NCBI GenBank assembly: GCA_965213925.1
Contig: OZ243927.1
Coordinates: 864,001-928,000 of the forward strand
Direction: 5' to 3'
Source: Trueperaceae bacterium
Lineage (GTDB): Bacteria > Deinococcota > Deinococci > Deinococcales > Trueperaceae
DNA length: 64,000 nt
Part shown: one piece after another, positions 59,729 to 64,000 of the stretch
Layout of the letters: each line of letters starts with the position of its first letter
Position numbering within the stretch: position 1 is the first letter of the stretch
Notes under the pieces: generated by a model
Seen by the model: the letters and a program-made list of their open reading frames with translations, nothing else
Database searches by the model: none
Told to the model about the DNA's origin: nothing
Program-made: the position numbers and the translations under genes

Positions 59729-60286
59729 TTATCTTAGCGGGAAGTAGAGCTTGAGGGTATGGGGCTCAAGATACCGCGTCAGCGCGTAGCCAAAGAGCCC
59801 GGCACTCGCCGCTAAAGAGAGCCAAAAGAGCCAAGCGTTCAATATGCCAATGTCTGCCATCCCAATCGGCAAGAGGTCATAGTCTATCGCTGCGATATCG
59901 TTGGTTAGACGACTTAACGGGAAGTGCCAGTAGAGAAACCCTAAAATCAAAGGCAGAGCCGCGTTAAGCAGCGGCTCTCGCCAAATCGCAAGCGGAACTG
60001 CGATGAGAGCAAGCACACCGAGAAAGAGGTTGAGGGTCACAAACGTAGAAAGCGCCTCAGTAATCTGAGGTGCGTATTCCACCAAAACGGGCTGCGCGTC
60101 GTTTTTTAGGCTGCTCCGCGTCCAACCTACATGAAGTCCCCAGGGATAAAAAGCGAACGGCGTAAAGATAGAAAGGACGAGCCGCCAGCCACCCGTGGAC
60201 TTCATTAGACTGCCCGAAGCAAAACCTAACAGCAGGGTGATGAAAGGAAAAATCAGAGTCATGAAAAGAGGAAACATACCAGTCAT
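59729..60286 (-). CDS. Hypothetical membrane protein
   Basis: Multiple TM helices; similar layout to the neighbouring gene. Confidence 0.6.
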   Translation of the reverse strand: MTGMFPLFMTLIFPFITLLLGFASGSLMKSTGGWRLVLSIFTPFAFYPWGLHVGWTRSSLKNDAQPVLVEYAPQITEALSTFVTLNLFLGVLALIAVPLAIWREPLLNAALPLILGFLYWHFPLSRLTNDIAAIDYDLLPIGMADIGILNAWLFWLSLAASAGLFGYALTRYLEPHTLKLYFPLR

Positions 60287-60349
60287 CCACGAAATATTTT
60301 AAGCCAAAAATGGGTTTGTGACGGTCCTCTTATCACCTAGACTCGAGGC

Positions 60350-60877
60350 TCAACCTCTCGCCGCAATTCGGTTGTCATGATCTTTCATAAGTTTTAGCAG
60401 ACTAGGGAGTGTATAGGCGAGAAGGCAAATGCTCACCAATAAATTTCCAAGAAAGAGGGCAAGATTGTGTCCGTTGTCGTCGAGCCAAATTCTTGCCACC
60501 GGAGACTGAACTGCGTCCGCAAACGGATTGTAGGAAACATTTTGATAAAGACCGAGTAGGAGAAAAGGCAACATCGGCGCGAGAAAGGGCGTACGCCAGG
60601 TCAGAAGTAGTGCGGCGATGTAAAACGTTCCCGCAAGCAGGTAGCTCGTCCACTCAAGGCGTTGGGTCGCTTCTTCGACTAAGATATGAGCCTCATGCGT
60701 GCCAGTCCAAGACTTTACGCCGCTGAACCGTTCGACATGTCCATAAAAAGGCACGAATAAAAGAAGCAAGAGAAAAGGTAGAAGGAGCCGCTGAAAGCGC
60801 TTTCCTAACATGAAAAGTCCAGTCAGAGTAATCCCGAAAGCAGCGAGACGAGAAAATAGCCAAAGAAGCACGTCCAT
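60350..60877 (-). CDS. Hypothetical membrane protein
   Basis: Multiple TM helices; start overlaps the recG stop. Confidence 0.6.
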   Translation of the reverse strand: MDVLLWLFSRLAAFGITLTGLFMLGKRFQRLLLPFLLLLLFVPFYGHVERFSGVKSWTGTHEAHILVEEATQRLEWTSYLLAGTFYIAALLLTWRTPFLAPMLPFLLLGLYQNVSYNPFADAVQSPVARIWLDDNGHNLALFLGNLLVSICLLAYTLPSLLKLMKDHDNRIAARG

Positions 60878-63249
60878 CAGATCACCTCTCTAAATCCGAC
60901 CGTCTCTACCCTGCGCCGCAGTTCATCCCGCAGCCGCCGTGCCCAGGGAGCTTCCAACTTGGGGTCAGCCTCGAGCATCTTTTTAGCGAGTTCTCGAGAC
61001 TTCTCGATGATGTCCCCGTCCTGCGCTAAATCTCCCAACACGAGGTCCGGCATCCCCGACTGCCGCGTCCCGCGAATCTCACCGGGACCGCGCAGCTCTA
61101 GGTCTTTCTCCGCGATCACAAACCCGTCCGAGTGCTTTTCGATGACACCTAAGCGGTGTTGCGTCTTTTTAGAGCGGTCTCCCGCGACGAGTACACAAAA
61201 GCTCTCGTGCTCGCCCCGCCCGACGCGCCCGCGAAGCTGGTGAAGCTGCGAAAGTCCGAAGCGTTCGGCGTTTTCGATGATCATCAAGCTCGCGTTTGGG
61301 ATGTCCACACCGACCTCGATAACGGTGGTCGAAACTAAGAGGTCGAATTCGCGGCGGCGAAAGCGCTCCATGATCTCGTCTTTTTCGACACCTGTCATCT
61401 TGCCGTGGAGCATCTCGGTGCGGCAGGCTTGAGGCATGATCTGCTGCAAGTCCTCGAACATCTGCGTGGTCGAGACGATGTTGTCTAGCGCCTCGCTCTC
61501 TTCGATAAGTGGCGTAACGAGGTAGACCTGTCGCCCCTTTTGAATCTCGCCCCAGGCGAAGCGGTAGACCTCTCTACGCTTGGAGTCGTTCACCAGGCGC
61601 GTCTTGACGCCTTTACGCCCCGGCGGGAGTTCGTCGATAATGGAAAGCTCGAGGTCGCCGTAATAGGTCAGCGCCAAAGAGCGGGGGATGGGCGTCGCGC
61701 TCATCACCATCACGTCGGGGAGGTTGCCCAAAAGCTTGCGCCGCTGCTCCACGCCGAAGCGGTGCTCCTCGTCAATCACCGCGAGTCCGAGGTTGCGAAA
61801 GTCCACGCCCTCCTGAATGAGCGCGTGCGTCCCGACGGCTAAATCCGTCTGCGAGGAGCGCAACCTGTCCCGCGCCGCGTTGCGCTCTTTCAAGCTCGCC
61901 GAGCCGATGAAGAGGTCGCTCTCGACGCCTAGCGGGTAGAGGTACTGAATCAAATTGAGGTAGTGCTGCCGCGCCAAGATTTCAGTAGGAGCCATCAGCG
62001 CGGCTTGGTAGCCGTTCTGAATCGCCACGTAAATCGCCGCCGCCGCCACCGCCGTTTTCCCCGAGCCGACATCGCCCTGGAGGAGCCGCGCCATCTGCTT
62101 AGGGTTTTTCATGTCGGCGCTGATTTCGTCCAGCACGCGCTTTTGCGCTTTAGTGAATTTGAAGGGTAAGCTCTTCTCGAAGGTTTGCAAGTCCTTTTTC
62201 AATACCTTGAAGGTTTTGCCTAAGAGCGTCGTGTCGCGGTTTAGGAGGACGCGCAGCTCGAGAAACAAAAACTCGTCAAACTTAAGCCGGCGCAAGGCAG
62301 CTTGGAGCGGTTTTTCTCCCGTGGGTAGATGGATTTCGCGCAGAGCTGTATCTAAAGGAATGAGGGTGTAACGCTCCAGCACGCTCTTTGGCAAATGGTC
62401 GGGGATAACGGTTAGAGCGTCCAGCAAACGGTGTGCCGCGCGCCGCAAGTACGCTTGCGAAAGCCCTTGCGTCGTGCCATAAAGACCGACGATACGCCCC
62501 GTCGAGAGGCTCTCGCCCTCTTCGTCAATCTCGTGATGCGCCGCTGCTAAGTCTATATAGCGACCTTTTTTCTTAACTTTGCCTGTAACGATAATCCTCT
62601 GACCGGGGAAGAGCTGCTTTTCCAACCACGGTTGATTAAACCAAACAACGGTAAGTTTTGCGCCTAAAGCATCCTCCAAAAACGCCCGCACCACCATCAT
62701 TCCGCGCTTGCTCTTCGTCGCCTTGCGCCCGGTGATGACGCCCGAGACAGTAGCCGACTCGTCGTCTTGCAGCGCGGAAAAGGTCGGCAAGACGCGGCGG
62801 TCTTCGTAGCGTTTGGGGTAGTGGTACAAGAGGTCGCGGTAAGTTTTTAAGCCCACCGTGGCGAGTTTTTTAGGGGCTTGTGCGCCGAAGTCTACGAGTT
62901 TCTCCGCGATGTCTTTGTCTAAGTCGTCGCTACTTAGCGTATCGCTCGAGCCTCTTCCAATCTCCTTGAGAGGTGGCGGGTCAGGCGCGGGCGCAGGACT
63001 TTGTGATCGTGCTTGGGGTTGTGCGCCAACCTCTAACATTCCCAGGGCTTGCTCCAAGCGCTCCAAGCGCTCCTCCGGCGTGAGACTGCTGTAGCCGTTC
63101 ATCACACTGCGAACGTCGGTAAAGGGTGCGCCCACCGTGGCGACGAGCTTTTCCAAGCCGCCCACGACCACCGAATCTTGACAGCCGCTCCTGAGTTCGC
63201 GCTCTAAGGGGCGTCTAAGTCTGCTGCGCAGTTCCTCAACCGTTGCCAC
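60877..63249 (-). CDS. recG: ATP-dependent DNA helicase RecG
   Basis: QGDVGSGKT, DEEHRFG, SATPIPR, QLRGRVGRG. Confidence 0.97.
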   Translation of the reverse strand: MATVEELRSRLRRPLERELRSGCQDSVVVGGLEKLVATVGAPFTDVRSVMNGYSSLTPEERLERLEQALGMLEVGAQPQARSQSPAPAPDPPPLKEIGRGSSDTLSSDDLDKDIAEKLVDFGAQAPKKLATVGLKTYRDLLYHYPKRYEDRRVLPTFSALQDDESATVSGVITGRKATKSKRGMMVVRAFLEDALGAKLTVVWFNQPWLEKQLFPGQRIIVTGKVKKKGRYIDLAAAHHEIDEEGESLSTGRIVGLYGTTQGLSQAYLRRAAHRLLDALTVIPDHLPKSVLERYTLIPLDTALREIHLPTGEKPLQAALRRLKFDEFLFLELRVLLNRDTTLLGKTFKVLKKDLQTFEKSLPFKFTKAQKRVLDEISADMKNPKQMARLLQGDVGSGKTAVAAAAIYVAIQNGYQAALMAPTEILARQHYLNLIQYLYPLGVESDLFIGSASLKERNAARDRLRSSQTDLAVGTHALIQEGVDFRNLGLAVIDEEHRFGVEQRRKLLGNLPDVMVMSATPIPRSLALTYYGDLELSIIDELPPGRKGVKTRLVNDSKRREVYRFAWGEIQKGRQVYLVTPLIEESEALDNIVSTTQMFEDLQQIMPQACRTEMLHGKMTGVEKDEIMERFRRREFDLLVSTTVIEVGVDIPNASLMIIENAERFGLSQLHQLRGRVGRGEHESFCVLVAGDRSKKTQHRLGVIEKHSDGFVIAEKDLELRGPGEIRGTRQSGMPDLVLGDLAQDGDIIEKSRELAKKMLEADPKLEAPWARRLRDELRRRVETVGFREVI

Positions 63250-63511
63250 GTGTTTTATTGTACCTGCTGAACCGAAACTTACTAAGACTTAGGCTCACTC
63301 GGACACCTTAGGTACTGTATTATCCATACTAAGTGCTTCGGCTTCGAAAACCTAAACCATTTCAGAAAGGTTTTTTGAGACGAACTTCGCTGGCGTTCTC
63401 CAGTCCAGGTCATTTCGGTGCACCCACTTAATGTATTTTTCCTAAGTGCAGAGGACAAAAACCTACGGGTCACTGCCTCTAGGGAGGAATGTAACAGCTA
63501 GTGTTCGCTCA

Positions 63512-63904
63512 CTACCGCGCATCAAAGTCGAGATGGAGCGCTCTCTTAGTGAGGATGTCCTGACCTAAGCGGATAAGGACAGTGCGCTCGGGTGGATAGT
63601 CGATGAAGAGGTCGCCTTGAACATAAGTTGATACATTCTCAAACGCTTCCCCGAGAAAGTGGATAGAAGGTACTAAGCACTGCTCGAGCGTCATCCCTCC
63701 TAGTGCTCCGCGAGATTGGACGGTCCCCCGCTTCGGGTACGTGGTTGCGTAGGCGCTCAGCAGCGTTAACTGGCTCGCGCCCGTATCTACGAAAGCGTAC
63801 CCGGTGTACTCTCCAATACGAATAGGCGCGAACATCTGCAACCTATAAATGAAGAACGAAGTATCAGGCATACGCAACCCTCCTACCTCTACTTTACGAC
63901 GCAC
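63512..63904 (-). CDS. Retropepsin-like aspartyl protease domain (possibly a fragment)
   Basis: AFVDTGAS and LGQDIL motifs. Confidence 0.5.
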   Translation of the reverse strand: MRRKVEVGGLRMPDTSFFIYRLQMFAPIRIGEYTGYAFVDTGASQLTLLSAYATTYPKRGTVQSRGALGGMTLEQCLVPSIHFLGEAFENVSTYVQGDLFIDYPPERTVLIRLGQDILTKRALHLDFDAR

Positions 63905-64000
63905 CGAAAAGGGCGAGAGGTTGCTCTCTCGCCTAGAATGACCATCACCAAAATGACCATCACAAAATGACCATCAATCGTCAAGTCAAGAGGTTAGTCC

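Noticed and set aside
1..64000. tRNA or rRNA genes
   Set aside because: None recognised by eye; tRNAscan-SE or Infernal would be needed to exclude them.

Overview
The window splits cleanly into two parts. (1) Positions 1-38880 are an accessory island. It carries phosphate-scavenging enzymes, an ars operon, a dehalogenase module, three toxin-antitoxin-type pairs, WD40 proteins and several decayed genes. Twelve intergenic copies of a 32-bp quasi-palindromic site (13-bp arm, GCGCGC, 13-bp arm) punctuate it, and one copy lies just upstream of a tyrosine recombinase gene. This looks like an integron-like or dif-module-like cassette array. The right end of the island holds a 5'-truncated cas5e, cas6e, a leaderless 3-repeat type I-E mini-array, tniQ and a Tn7-like end (TGT plus two 16-bp repeats). 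Spacer 2 of the array matches the 3' end of the adjacent dam-like methyltransferase gene at 29/32 nt, with a canonical I-E AAG PAM, about 43 bp outside the predicted transposon end. I interpret this as a partly decayed type I-E CRISPR-associated Tn7-like transposon with a homing spacer. No tnsABC, cas8e, cas11 or cas7 is visible in the window. (2) Positions 38884-64000 look like core chromosome: dam, sdhCDAB, ridA, PP2C, gatA, sugar ABC binding protein and glucosidase, aroE, ltaE, trmFO, blh, recG. The host is probably a Deinococcota (Truepera-like) bacterium, but that is inference only. Some frameshifts and scrambled repeats may be assembly artefacts. All calls were made by eye, with no database searches.
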